From sequence record OP953026.1: a stretch of 64,000 bases of DNA. One strand, 5' to 3'. Both the position numbers and the translations under genes were made by a program. The first letter of the stretch is position 1; the number at the start of each line of letters is the position of its first letter. Shown here one piece after another: positions 12,992-27,691 of this stretch. The notes beneath the pieces are model-generated. The model saw only the letters and a program-made list of their open reading frames with translations, ran no database searches and was not told the DNA's origin.

Positions 12992-14509
12992 ATGAACTTA
13001 AATAAGTTACTTGATAGTTTAGAAGGTTATGGTGTTGTCGAAGTAAAAGAAAAAGTCGCGAAAGCCAAACTAAAGCACGCTGCTACAGACGACAAGCAAA
13101 TATCTAAAGAACCAGAAGAAGCTGCCAAATTAATTGATGAATTACCAAATGATGTAAAAGCAACTAATAATGGGTTAGATGTTGAAGAAGCACATAAACC
13201 TAATATCCATTGGAAATCAGATCGTGGTTTAGTTACTGAAGTTGATTCATTTGGTAAAACATACGTCGCATCAGAAGAATATCCAGCATCACCCCATGAT
13301 ACCCGAGAAAGTCCTGATAATAGACCTACACCAGTGGATGGTAAAGATTTAGATAGTGATGATGATCATTTAAATATCTTTGCGTATGATGCACCTCCAT
13401 CTCAAAACATGACATATCAGCTAAATCAATTACTGCATGCGCGTACTAGTTTAGAATGTTTTATAGATTTATTAAATACCGCTGGTGATAGAGGTATTAC
13501 TAAACAATCAGCTGCTTTTATGCACGTTACATTAGAATCAATTGATAAGCTTATCGGCTTTGAAAAGATTAGTATTGAAGATTTTAATGCAACCCCTAGC
13601 AGCGCTATGCGTTTTGTAAATATTTCTCAAGAAGAAATAAAAGAACGTATTGAAAGTATAGGTAAAAAGATACTTGCTTTAATAGTCCATGTTATTGAAC
13701 AAGCTAAAGTAGCGGCACAGCGTGTACTAACTGGAATCAAATCAGTTGAAGATAAAACTGATGAGTTAATTGAAAAAGCGAAAAGTTTAATCAATAAGCC
13801 AACTGTATCAAATGAAAGGGTAACACCTGATTTTGATATGTCAATTAAAATTGACAATCCTAAAATGTTATTCATTGGTGATGAATTTGTTTTAGACGAT
13901 TTAACTAATGAAACAAAAGTTAGTCAATTTCTAGCTAAAGAATGGCCAAATATAGCTAGATCAAACATTGATAAAGTAGTTAAATTAATTAAAGACTACG
14001 ACTTAGAAGATAATGAACTAGATAAGTTTAAAGAGGCTTTTGAATTTATTGGTGAAGCTAATCAGTTAGATAAAGTAAAAGATACTTCTCTACCTGGTAA
14101 TAGTAAACTTATATTCCAGAAAGATAAATATGCTCCACGACTTGGTGAAGATAAACATGGTGATGGTCCAGATACAATCACGATCGAGCCAAGGCCGCCT
14201 GTTGAAGTGCGTAAAACATTAGAAGTTAATAAAGAAGCTATTCGTCGTTTAGGTGATCTATTTAAAGCTGAAAAAGATGTCCTTGAACAACTGAAGAAGG
14301 TTGCACAGGGCATTGAGGACATGGAGCTACGTAGGTCTAAAGCTATTTGGAAAGGTGCTCGTGATGATGCAAATGAGATTATATCTTTAGTTAATGGCTT
14401 TATTACCGATATGTCACCAGAATACGCAACACTAATTAGTTACCTATTACGTATTGCAAAGCAACGAAATGCTGTTTGTAATATGGAATTAGAAAGATAT
14501 GGCCAATAA
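12992..14509 (+). CDS. Inner-body paralog (gp94-like)
   Basis: 505 aa; AGDRGITKQSAAFMH block and ISQEE site shared with the gp93-like protein. Confidence 0.8.
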   Translation: MNLNKLLDSLEGYGVVEVKEKVAKAKLKHAATDDKQISKEPEEAAKLIDELPNDVKATNNGLDVEEAHKPNIHWKSDRGLVTEVDSFGKTYVASEEYPASPHDTRESPDNRPTPVDGKDLDSDDDHLNIFAYDAPPSQNMTYQLNQLLHARTSLECFIDLLNTAGDRGITKQSAAFMHVTLESIDKLIGFEKISIEDFNATPSSAMRFVNISQEEIKERIESIGKKILALIVHVIEQAKVAAQRVLTGIKSVEDKTDELIEKAKSLINKPTVSNERVTPDFDMSIKIDNPKMLFIGDEFVLDDLTNETKVSQFLAKEWPNIARSNIDKVVKLIKDYDLEDNELDKFKEAFEFIGEANQLDKVKDTSLPGNSKLIFQKDKYAPRLGEDKHGDGPDTITIEPRPPVEVRKTLEVNKEAIRRLGDLFKAEKDVLEQLKKVAQGIEDMELRRSKAIWKGARDDANEIISLVNGFITDMSPEYATLISYLLRIAKQRNAVCNMELERYGQ

Positions 14510-14596
14510 ATATATCTAAGTGTTCATTTTTATCTAAGTACCTAATTCTATGGTTTATTGTTAAACGCGCGCAAAGAAATTCCTTGAGGAAATAAC

Positions 14597-16240
14597 ATGA
14601 CATTTAAACTCAATGAGTATCTAGATAGTCTAGAAGACTATACTGAGGTACCTATTCCTGAAACAGCAGTTGATAAAGTAGCAGCCATGACTAGTGGCGA
14701 TTGTATTTCTGAAGACGCTGTACCTGAAAATACTATTCAAGATGTGACTGACAATAATGTTGGTGTAACACCAACTGCACCAGTGGATGCAGATACCACT
14801 ATTGTTAATACTCCTAATAATGGCGTTATTGTTGAGACTCCAGCTGCTACTCTAGTTGAACAACCAGCTGTACCAGTTACCGTAGTTGAAACAGATGTAG
14901 TAACAGAAGTACCCCCTATTCCTGAACAACCTAATATTGCTGTTGAAACAGTTATTCCAGCAGGTGCCGAAGGAGAGGAACCACAAGGTGGTGAAACAGT
15001 AACTCAGCAAATCGCTGATCAGGCTGCCAAAGATAGTTCTATTCCACTAGCGCATAATGGCGTGGTGCCACAGATCGCTGTTGCAGTGGATATGGATAAA
15101 CCTACTGATTTCATGGACATTGGTAATGCACAAGTAGTTACTACAGCAGTGCAAGATATTAATCAAGGTCTAAATACCGCATATGCCCTAGAGTCGATTA
15201 AAGCTCTTGTTCGACAAGCTGGTATTAATGGTATCAGTCAAAGTACAGCTGCATTTATTCATTCTGCACTCTTACCACATCGTCATGTACTTGGTGATAA
15301 TACTTTAACTAGCTCATTAGAAAACTATACGACTGGTGGTAAAAGTCATTTATATCCAGTTAAGATTTCAACTGAGGATATTAAAGAGTTAAGTCGTAAG
15401 GCGCTTGCTTATATCAAGAAAGCTATTGCTAAACTACGTGAAATTATTAGCCACGTATGGGATAGTCTTAAGAATAGTGTACCGCGTGTGAGTGTAAAAG
15501 TTGATGAACTCATTTTAGCTATCCAAAATGCTAAGTTTGAAAATATACCCAGTGAATTAACGGTTCCTGTTAAAAATGGTGGACCCGTATTTGCTAATGG
15601 TAAATTCATTCAGCCTTCAGCTAACGTTGGATATGGCCCTATCGTTAAATGGATGGCATCTGTATATGCAAAAGACTATGCTACCTACCTAACGAATATT
15701 GGTACTGTGCTTAAAGCTTGGGATCCAGAGCGTAATGATGCTAGTGAACTAGTTGAGAAGATGGACAAACTTCAAGATGGACCTCTCAAACACTACGCTA
15801 GTACATCTAACACTTTACCGGGTAATAAGCTTGTAACTACGACTGCTACTCAAGTATATCTAACGGATGATGAGACAGCCGCAGAACCTGGCACTGAAGT
15901 GACTTTAAAGAACTTTGATAAGAGTCAAGCTAAGAAAGAAGCGGTAGCTCTACGTAATCTGGTTGATGATGCAGCTGATGTTATCACTGGCGGTCGGAAT
16001 ATTGTTAAAGCCATTAAGCAACTTGAAGATGATGTTGATCAACTTTCACGGAAACTAGAGAGTGATAAAATCGACGATGTTTCTAAAGAACAGATCGAAG
16101 AAGTATCACGTAAGGTAGCATCTATTATTACAGATAGTGCACCTAAACATGACTCCATTATTCGTGAAGCAATGCGTTACGCAAATACTGCAACTGGACT
16201 TTATAATAGTGTAATTAACACTAAATTCCAAGCAGAATAA
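14597..16240 (+). CDS. Inner-body paralog (gp95-like)
   Basis: 547 aa; P/T/V/E-rich propeptide, AGINGISQSTAAFIH block, SLENY and ISTED sites. Confidence 0.8.
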   Translation: MTFKLNEYLDSLEDYTEVPIPETAVDKVAAMTSGDCISEDAVPENTIQDVTDNNVGVTPTAPVDADTTIVNTPNNGVIVETPAATLVEQPAVPVTVVETDVVTEVPPIPEQPNIAVETVIPAGAEGEEPQGGETVTQQIADQAAKDSSIPLAHNGVVPQIAVAVDMDKPTDFMDIGNAQVVTTAVQDINQGLNTAYALESIKALVRQAGINGISQSTAAFIHSALLPHRHVLGDNTLTSSLENYTTGGKSHLYPVKISTEDIKELSRKALAYIKKAIAKLREIISHVWDSLKNSVPRVSVKVDELILAIQNAKFENIPSELTVPVKNGGPVFANGKFIQPSANVGYGPIVKWMASVYAKDYATYLTNIGTVLKAWDPERNDASELVEKMDKLQDGPLKHYASTSNTLPGNKLVTTTATQVYLTDDETAAEPGTEVTLKNFDKSQAKKEAVALRNLVDDAADVITGGRNIVKAIKQLEDDVDQLSRKLESDKIDDVSKEQIEEVSRKVASIITDSAPKHDSIIREAMRYANTATGLYNSVINTKFQAE

Positions 16241-16253
16241 TGATAAGTGACGA

Positions 16254-16288
16254 CATATCGACGGGGCTCGGAAGAGTCCCGTCTTATG
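16254..16288 (+). terminator. Intrinsic terminator, CATA/TTATG-flanked
   Basis: GACGGGGCTC-GGAA-GAGTCCCGTC (one G-U pair) then TTATG. Confidence 0.8.
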
Positions 16289-16301
16289 TTAGGAGTTAGC
16301 A

Positions 16302-17417
16302 ATGGAATTAATTGATATTTATAAAGATACTCCAGATGAAATGATTATTGATCTTGATGAACCTAAAAGACTTGCAGATTTATTATCAGGCGATGAAGCG
16401 TTAGCTAGGCGAGTGATGGATCTATTAGGCGGTATGGAAGATTATAATCAGATCCAAGGGGTTATCAAAGAATTAGAGGATGTTGTATCTACTGAAGATA
16501 TTAGTGATACTATTAAACATGTTATTGATCGAGTTATAAAACTATTTGTTACCACTATTGAGAAACTGATGGATAGTGGAGTAGTGCTAGCAGCTACTGC
16601 TGAATATGTTGCAATTCGAGCAGAAAACTTACGAGTTAACAGTCGTGCTAGAACTCGTAAAAATAAGAATCCTACATTTCTAATTACAACTCGTATTCAG
16701 AACTTAAGTGTTAGATATAAACCTATTACCAATAGTGCTAATTTGTTATCTCACTTACGCGTATTGGAGACAGTAGTTGATGGGTATATCAATGGATTAG
16801 ACAATGTGATTCTAAGGCCAGCTAATATCATACCTTCGTATATGAATCCAAATGCTAGTCCAGATGCTTTAGCAGAACTACTATTAAATAGTGCCCCAAC
16901 TAAAATAACCACACCATCTGTTTATCGCGATCAAGGTAATCGATTTGTATCATTGCATTTGCTAGGTAATCATCAAATTGTAATTAACTATAATCCCGAT
17001 AAGAATGCAAGTGCTTATGATCAGTGTAGGGATATTTCTTCACGGTTAGTTCCATCTGAAGAAACCCCTAGACCACTACCAGTCGAAATAGAATTTGAAC
17101 ATTTCAACCATCAAGTTACTGAAAGTATTATTGATCGAGTTGTTAAGGTAGTTGATAAGATCAATCGTGCAAATGCTGCATCAATGCGTACTCGTCGAAA
17201 TGAACGGTTAAGGACTCTTAAAGGTGCATTAATCAGGTTTAGAGATGAACTAACACGTGCTCGTAATGAAGGGCGACCTGATAGAGAAATACAAGAACTT
17301 GTTTCATTGGTAGAAACATATGTTGATTGGTTGGCTATTCCTTATCACGACCTATTTAAATTAACATGTCGTAATTTGACTGCCATACTCAATGTATGCG
17401 ATGAAAATCTAAAGTAA
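16302..17417 (+). CDS. Internal head paralog (gp96-like)
   Basis: 371 aa; GMEDY and VSTED motifs followed by an amphipathic helix. Confidence 0.7.
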   Translation: MELIDIYKDTPDEMIIDLDEPKRLADLLSGDEALARRVMDLLGGMEDYNQIQGVIKELEDVVSTEDISDTIKHVIDRVIKLFVTTIEKLMDSGVVLAATAEYVAIRAENLRVNSRARTRKNKNPTFLITTRIQNLSVRYKPITNSANLLSHLRVLETVVDGYINGLDNVILRPANIIPSYMNPNASPDALAELLLNSAPTKITTPSVYRDQGNRFVSLHLLGNHQIVINYNPDKNASAYDQCRDISSRLVPSEETPRPLPVEIEFEHFNHQVTESIIDRVVKVVDKINRANAASMRTRRNERLRTLKGALIRFRDELTRARNEGRPDREIQELVSLVETYVDWLAIPYHDLFKLTCRNLTAILNVCDENLK

Positions 17418-17516
17418 GATTCCAGCGCAATATTTTGAATGTTAACGTTCGTCGCTTGGAGTTATGACTAAGACGAATAGCATAACTCATAAACTCTGTA
17501 CAGAAGGTATATTAAC

Positions 17517-19967
17517 ATGATGGTAAATATTCACAAATATGTAGCCAGCCTTGAGAACCAAGATGGTACGGCTGTGGAACAGGATGTATCCAAAGTCGAG
17601 ACATCTGTTAAAGATGATCATGAACTAGTTCAAGATTTAAAGAAAGATAATGATGCATCTGCAACTATTGAGAATGAAACTGTTAAAACAGATACTGATA
17701 TTATCTCTGCTGAAGAACATGAAGAAACAGCACATGCTGCTGATAAGTCAGCAGTAATTGTTGAAGAAGTTGTACCAGAAGAAACTGTTGTTGAGGAAAG
17801 TATTCCTGAACCGCTAGCTACCACTAGTGTCGAAGAAGGCGAAGAAGCAGTTAAAGTTGCTGAAGCTGAAATCGCTGAAGAAATCGGTACAATTTCTGAA
17901 GGCGGTAAAGAGGTTTTAGATTCAACCACTGAAATTATTGAAGCTGCACAAGATGCGGCTGATGATACTGAACTAGTACCTGTTGCAGAAGCACCTGGTG
18001 AAACAGCAGTGGAATTAACCCCCACTGAAGAAACCCCACTTGGTGACGAAACTCCACCGCCTGCACCACTATCTGAGGAACTTCCAGCTGGTGATGAACC
18101 TGTTTCATCAACCATGGATACACTACCAGATGAAGTGTTAGATGCTGGTGAAGTTGTAAGTGAAGCAGTCCCTGGTATTGATGACGATGTAACTCCTGAA
18201 GAAGCCGGTGCTGAGCAAACAACTGCTGATGAAAGTTCCAATGATGAACCTGAGACAGAGATCACTGAAACAGAAGAAGTCGAAATTACTGAACCAGCTG
18301 TAGCTGATGCTGAAACAGAAGTTGTTGAAACCGTAGAAGATACGCCGGATACAACTGATAGTGAAGTAGCTGAAGTAGTAGAGGCGGAATCTGAAAGTGT
18401 TCCTGCTGAAGCTGAACCAGATGAAATCGTAGCAGTTGATGAAGAAGTAGCTGTAACTGATCCAATTGTAGAAGAAGCTGCCGAAACAGCAGAAGTAGCT
18501 GAAGAAGGCTTAAGCGAATTGGAAGAAGTTCGGGATGAAGCTGAAGAAGAATTAACTAATGATGACAGTGATTCTACTGATGTATTAATCAATGAAGCTG
18601 AAACTGAAGAAACAGTTGCTGAAACCGAAACGGCATCTACTATTTCCGAACCAACAATTGAAGAAGGTGCTGTTGAAGACGACAGTGAAACAATTGTTGC
18701 AGAAACAGATGATGACGTTTCAGAAGATGACATCGAAGAAAAGTTAGCTGAAGGTGAAATTGACATCCCGGATGTTGACGTAGAAGTAACTGAAGATGAT
18801 GTTGAAGAAGCTGACGAGACTGCTGATGAGGCAGTTGAAGAAGCCGATAAGCTTGAAGATGACATTGAAGATGGTAAGAAAACCATTGGTCAATTACTTG
18901 AAGAGCAGGCATCAAATGAATCCATGCTTGAGATTCTACATTATGGCCTAGAACATAAGCAATATAGTCCTCAGTTCATCGTACATGCTAATAGCTGTTT
19001 AGAACGCCTGCATAACGCCTTTGATGTCTATTCACCTGGTGTTCCAGCAATGGAAGATTATGGTTATGGTAATCTAGAAGATTACTATAAGGCGATGGTT
19101 ACTTCGCTAGAATCATTTAATAGCACTATTGGTAAGTTTGTTCGAAATATTATCGACAACATTGCTGAAGGTGCAAATGCATCCATCCATGTTAAAGCTA
19201 ACCAAAAAGAACTAGCCGCAGCTAATACTAAAGCTGACCAACTTCTAGTTAAGCTTAAAGATACTGATAATTTTGAAAATAAAGAAATCAAAATTAATGG
19301 TATTCTAAAAGGTGATGATAATCTAGTACGCGGTGTTGCTGGAGAAGTTCGTCGTATTAGCGATATTATTAACAAATGCTTCAAAATCGATGGTGAATAC
19401 ATCGAACGTTTAGTTGGTCACCTATCAACTGCTATTGAAGCTGATAGTGAAGAAGCTATTGATAAGGCTCTAGAAGAAGCAACTAAATTAGAAGTACCTG
19501 TTAAGAAATATCCTGAGAGTTCATTTATCAGTGGAAAACTAGAAGGTAGTTTTACCTTCGAGAAGTCTGGCCGTGATGTAACTGGTCGCACTAGTAAAGA
19601 TATTGAACGATTAGCTGCTATTGCACTTCCAACTGGTGAATGGGGTGCTACCGGTACTGCTACTGCTAAAGTTAGCCGTAAGGACGTTACTGAACTAATG
19701 AAACTTTCTAAAGTTCTAATTGGTCTTGGTAATGCCTCTCTAAAAGTTAGCGGTAACCGCGGTGTACGTCGTCTTGACCAAGCTAACCGTGATATCTCTA
19801 AAGTGGCTAGCATGGATAGTAAAGCCGGTAAAAAGAAAGTCCGGCAACTAGCTAGTGCAGTATGGGAAGTTGTTGGCCAATCGGCTGAAAACCACACCGT
19901 TCTAGTTGATTACATTGTAGCTCTTACCAATGCAATTAACACTGCTGTGAATCGTGCCATTAAGTAA
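17517..19967 (+). CDS. Inner-body protein with a very long acidic propeptide (gp97-like)
   Basis: 816 aa; N-terminal half is E/D/A/T/V low complexity; SLE, AME and TSLES sites; C-terminal folded domain. Confidence 0.8.
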   Translation: MMVNIHKYVASLENQDGTAVEQDVSKVETSVKDDHELVQDLKKDNDASATIENETVKTDTDIISAEEHEETAHAADKSAVIVEEVVPEETVVEESIPEPLATTSVEEGEEAVKVAEAEIAEEIGTISEGGKEVLDSTTEIIEAAQDAADDTELVPVAEAPGETAVELTPTEETPLGDETPPPAPLSEELPAGDEPVSSTMDTLPDEVLDAGEVVSEAVPGIDDDVTPEEAGAEQTTADESSNDEPETEITETEEVEITEPAVADAETEVVETVEDTPDTTDSEVAEVVEAESESVPAEAEPDEIVAVDEEVAVTDPIVEEAAETAEVAEEGLSELEEVRDEAEEELTNDDSDSTDVLINEAETEETVAETETASTISEPTIEEGAVEDDSETIVAETDDDVSEDDIEEKLAEGEIDIPDVDVEVTEDDVEEADETADEAVEEADKLEDDIEDGKKTIGQLLEEQASNESMLEILHYGLEHKQYSPQFIVHANSCLERLHNAFDVYSPGVPAMEDYGYGNLEDYYKAMVTSLESFNSTIGKFVRNIIDNIAEGANASIHVKANQKELAAANTKADQLLVKLKDTDNFENKEIKINGILKGDDNLVRGVAGEVRRISDIINKCFKIDGEYIERLVGHLSTAIEADSEEAIDKALEEATKLEVPVKKYPESSFISGKLEGSFTFEKSGRDVTGRTSKDIERLAAIALPTGEWGATGTATAKVSRKDVTELMKLSKVLIGLGNASLKVSGNRGVRRLDQANRDISKVASMDSKAGKKKVRQLASAVWEVVGQSAENHTVLVDYIVALTNAINTAVNRAIK

Positions 19968-19971
19968 CAAA

Positions 19972-20004
19972 CATAACGGGGAGCCTTCATGGCTCCCTTT
20001 TATG
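19972..20004 (+). terminator. Intrinsic terminator, CATA/TATG-flanked
   Basis: GGGGAGCC-TTCAT-GGCTCCCT then TTTATG, just after the TAA at 19967. Confidence 0.8.
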
Positions 20005-20032
20005 CTGTTAGACCATGATCTTATGATCTTAA

Positions 20033-23088
<3,056 letters not shown>

Positions 23089-23092
23089 TACC

Positions 23093-25070
<1,978 letters not shown>

Positions 25071-25082
25071 TTTAGGTGTATT

Positions 25083-25505
25083 ATGGAACAACTATTTATA
25101 CGAGTTGATGTGAGGTGGTCACAACAATTCTTTTCTGAATTAAAACAATACTTTAATTATACCGCAAAAGATGAAGATGATCTTAACTACTTGATCATTC
25201 TTTATATTAAAGAACGACATAATTTCTTTTGGACATGTGTTCCAGATAGATACAATGATGTAATGTGTAGTTTCTATAAATCAATTTGTGGTTATCCAAT
25301 AAATCCTAATATCATTGCAAATAGATTTGATCAACTCTATCGTGAGATTATGAATAGCTTATTACAAATAAAAGGTATTATCAAAGATATAGTTGCTGTT
25401 AAAACAAAAGAAGGGGATATCGAGGGATTCATTATACATTCTGAATCACTACCTAGGTCCTATCCAAGACCTACTAATTGGAAAGGTGTATTTGAAAGAT
25501 CTTAA
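25083..25505 (+). CDS. Hypothetical protein (gp102-like)
   Basis: AGGTG RBS before ATG 25083 (ORF track starts at 25059). Confidence 0.6.
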   Translation: MEQLFIRVDVRWSQQFFSELKQYFNYTAKDEDDLNYLIILYIKERHNFFWTCVPDRYNDVMCSFYKSICGYPINPNIIANRFDQLYREIMNSLLQIKGIIKDIVAVKTKEGDIEGFIIHSESLPRSYPRPTNWKGVFERS

Positions 25506-25518
25506 ACAGTATATTACA
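25502..25518 (+). promoter_or_regulatory. phiKZ-type early (virion RNAP) promoter
   Basis: TTAAACAGTATATTACA containing the TATATTAC early consensus; an identical 17-mer occurs at 26690. Confidence 0.8.
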
Positions 25519-25544
25519 CATATGAACTAATGTGGAGTATATAC

Positions 25545-25670
25545 ATGGAAAACATCCCTTTAAATAAACCTAAACAACCGGTAGTACCTGAAACATGGAT
25601 AAAACTTCATCATGTGGTCGTGTTATTCATTCTCTCACTAATAGGAACTTTAATCTTCAATGGTATTTAG
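25545..25670 (+). CDS. Small membrane protein, 41 aa (not in ORF track)
   Basis: GGAG RBS; MENIPLNKPKQPVVPETWIKLHHVVVLFILSLIGTLIFNGI; single hydrophobic segment; first ORF after the early promoter. Confidence 0.6.
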   Translation: MENIPLNKPKQPVVPETWIKLHHVVVLFILSLIGTLIFNGI

Positions 25671-25678
25671 GAGGACAT

Positions 25679-26071
25679 ATGTCATTTATAATTGCTATAT
25701 GTCTAGCAGTAATGGTAATAGGTATTTTTACTATTGGATCTAAAGTTAGAGCTTTATGGTATCTTATAAATGGTAAAACTTTAAATGAGCATAAGAAATG
25801 GCGCGCAGACTTCAATGAAGTAATTCAATGGCTTCATGAAGGTGCTTTCTTTACTAAATCAGGTTTATTTAAAGATCAAGCTATCTCGATTAGATTGTGT
25901 GAGCTATCGCGCAGTAAGAAATTATTCCCAATGCTACGGCGTTCTAAGTTCGAAGTTATAACTGCTAAGGTATTTAGGGAAATAACTGGTGAGCCTTCAG
26001 AGTATAATTATTACTTGAAATTTAATAAGGCTTATATTGGCTTCTACAACGCTAATCCAGAAATCCAATAA
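25679..26071 (+). CDS. N-terminally anchored membrane protein
   Basis: GGAGG RBS before ATG 25679; MSFIIAICLAVMVIGIFTIG hydrophobic N-terminus. Confidence 0.65.
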   Translation: MSFIIAICLAVMVIGIFTIGSKVRALWYLINGKTLNEHKKWRADFNEVIQWLHEGAFFTKSGLFKDQAISIRLCELSRSKKLFPMLRRSKFEVITAKVFREITGEPSEYNYYLKFNKAYIGFYNANPEIQ

Positions 26072-26151
26072 GCCTGGAAATGCACCCAATCTAATGAGAA
26101 GGTCTATGTTTTGATCTTCTCATTAGTACTCTTGTAGAAGGAGCCATTATC

Positions 26152-26640
26152 ATGGCTGAATTTATTATAGGTAAAGATATATTCAATGTACCTGGTGATC
26201 TTTATCTAATCACTGTTAATGTTGTTGGCGTCATGGGCGCTGGTTTAGCCAAATCGTTTAAAGAAAAGTATCCTGAACTTTTTGAAAGATACAAACACGA
26301 TTGCAAAAAGAGAATTATTACTATTGGTAATCCGGTTATTTACAAAGCATCCGATGGTAAACGTTTCATGATGTTTCCTACTAAGGATAACTGGCGGAAC
26401 CCATCTCAAATTAGTTTCATTGAACGTGGTCTAGAGTGGATGATGGAGAACGTATCGGATTCTGCGGAAAATGAAGAAGACTGTATTCATCCAGATTGGA
26501 AAATTATCATACCACCTCTAGGGTGTGCTAATGGTGGATTAGATTTCTCTGATGTTAGAACTATCATTGAAGATTGGTCTAATCACATGCCTAACCAGAT
26601 TGTGGTTGTTTATCCACCGTGGATAGATTCATCGGTTTAA
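26152..26640 (+). CDS. DarG/TARG1-class macrodomain (ADP-ribosyl glycohydrolase)
   Basis: Motifs TVNVVGVMGAGLAKSFKEKYP, FPTKDNWRNPS, IERGL and IPPLGCANGGL match DarG-type macrodomains, including the catalytic Lys of FPTK. Confidence 0.85.
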   Translation: MAEFIIGKDIFNVPGDLYLITVNVVGVMGAGLAKSFKEKYPELFERYKHDCKKRIITIGNPVIYKASDGKRFMMFPTKDNWRNPSQISFIERGLEWMMENVSDSAENEEDCIHPDWKIIIPPLGCANGGLDFSDVRTIIEDWSNHMPNQIVVVYPPWIDSSV

Positions 26641-26645
26641 CATTG

Positions 26646-26671
26646 GCCTTCCCTCAGGGGAAGGCTTTATG
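26646..26671 (+). terminator. Intrinsic terminator
   Basis: GCCTTCCC-TCAG-GGGAAGGC-TTTATG. Confidence 0.8.
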
Positions 26672-26689
26672 TCGTATATTCAAACCATT

Positions 26690-26706
26690 TTAAACAGTAT
26701 ATTACA
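26690..26706 (+). promoter_or_regulatory. phiKZ-type early promoter
   Basis: TTAAACAGTATATTACA, identical to 25502-25518, just downstream of a terminator. Confidence 0.8.
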
Positions 26707-26763
26707 TTTGTGACAATACTGTAAACATTATCATACAACTTAATGTAAATAGGTGGAAATAAA

Positions 26764-27210
26764 ATGGCAAAGACTAAAAAGCAAAAAGTGCAAGAGGCGA
26801 TTACTCGTAAATTGATCAAGTTCTATAGTGATACATTTCCGGAGTTGATGAAAGCTATTGAAAACTGTGATAGCAGTGGCGAAGAGCATAACCTCCACAA
26901 TGTATTTGATAATTATAAGAAAACCATTAAAATGGCAGAAGAAGCCAAGGTTGACCTTAGTCTTTATGGAGTAAATTTAATTGACAAGGATACATACACG
27001 AGTCTTTTGTGGTTTATCGAAGGTTGCTATGTATGGGACATGATTAAAAAACTTAACAAAGCAAAATATGACAATGTTCCTGAACTGGCCAGAATCACAC
27101 AATGGGATGAACTGGATGACGCAAAGAAACTTCAATTCAATAAAAGTCGAGATTACATCATCAAACGACTGAAAGAAGTAACGACTTGTGAACATTTCAG
27201 AAACTATTAA
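26764..27210 (+). CDS. Early hypothetical protein
   Basis: 148 aa; AGGTGG RBS; first gene after an early promoter. Confidence 0.7.
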   Translation: MAKTKKQKVQEAITRKLIKFYSDTFPELMKAIENCDSSGEEHNLHNVFDNYKKTIKMAEEAKVDLSLYGVNLIDKDTYTSLLWFIEGCYVWDMIKKLNKAKYDNVPELARITQWDELDDAKKLQFNKSRDYIIKRLKEVTTCEHFRNY

Positions 27211-27244
27211 ATAGTTTTAATATTAGTAAATAGGAATATTTATT

Positions 27245-27583
27245 ATGAAATTCAATACGATTGCAAAAGGTGTATCTTTTCTTCTGGCCACTGCATCACT
27301 GGCTGGAACTGGGTATGTTATCTACAAGAAGGCTAAAGAGACTAAAGCCAACTTTGACAAACTCATGGGTTTCAGGGATCAGTTTAAAAGTATTTCAAAA
27401 GAGTATGGTGAATCAGATGAGTTCATGATGTTCGTCAATGCTGCAATGACTGAGACAATGGATAGTGCTGTTGCTGAGAGCAATATTGAAAAACATCGAC
27501 TGGATGTAATTCGTAATAAGCTGTCGATCATTTATGGCGATGACTATACGAATCAAGTATTCGATACAGTTCGTAAGATGTAA
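27245..27583 (+). CDS. N-anchored membrane protein
   Basis: 112 aa; hydrophobic residues 6-27 then a basic stop-transfer KKAK. Confidence 0.7.
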   Translation: MKFNTIAKGVSFLLATASLAGTGYVIYKKAKETKANFDKLMGFRDQFKSISKEYGESDEFMMFVNAAMTETMDSAVAESNIEKHRLDVIRNKLSIIYGDDYTNQVFDTVRKM

Positions 27584-27592
27584 AAATGGATA

Positions 27593-27609
27593 GGGCCTCA
27601 CTGAGGCCC
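27593..27609 (+). terminator. Probable terminator hairpin
   Basis: GGGCCTC-ACT-GAGGCCC; weak U tract. Confidence 0.5.
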
Positions 27610-27691
27610 CATTCAAATATAATTACGATAATAAAATTATATTTGAATGAGTTTGTTAAACCTTCAATTAATCGTAAAAAGGAAAATACAA

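Noticed and set aside
17630-18886. 418-aa Ser-rich minus-strand ORF (plus nested 17935-18222 and 18640-18915)
   Set aside because: Antisense shadow of the GAA/GAT/GCT-rich acidic propeptide; no RBS, and its composition is the mirror image of the sense codons.
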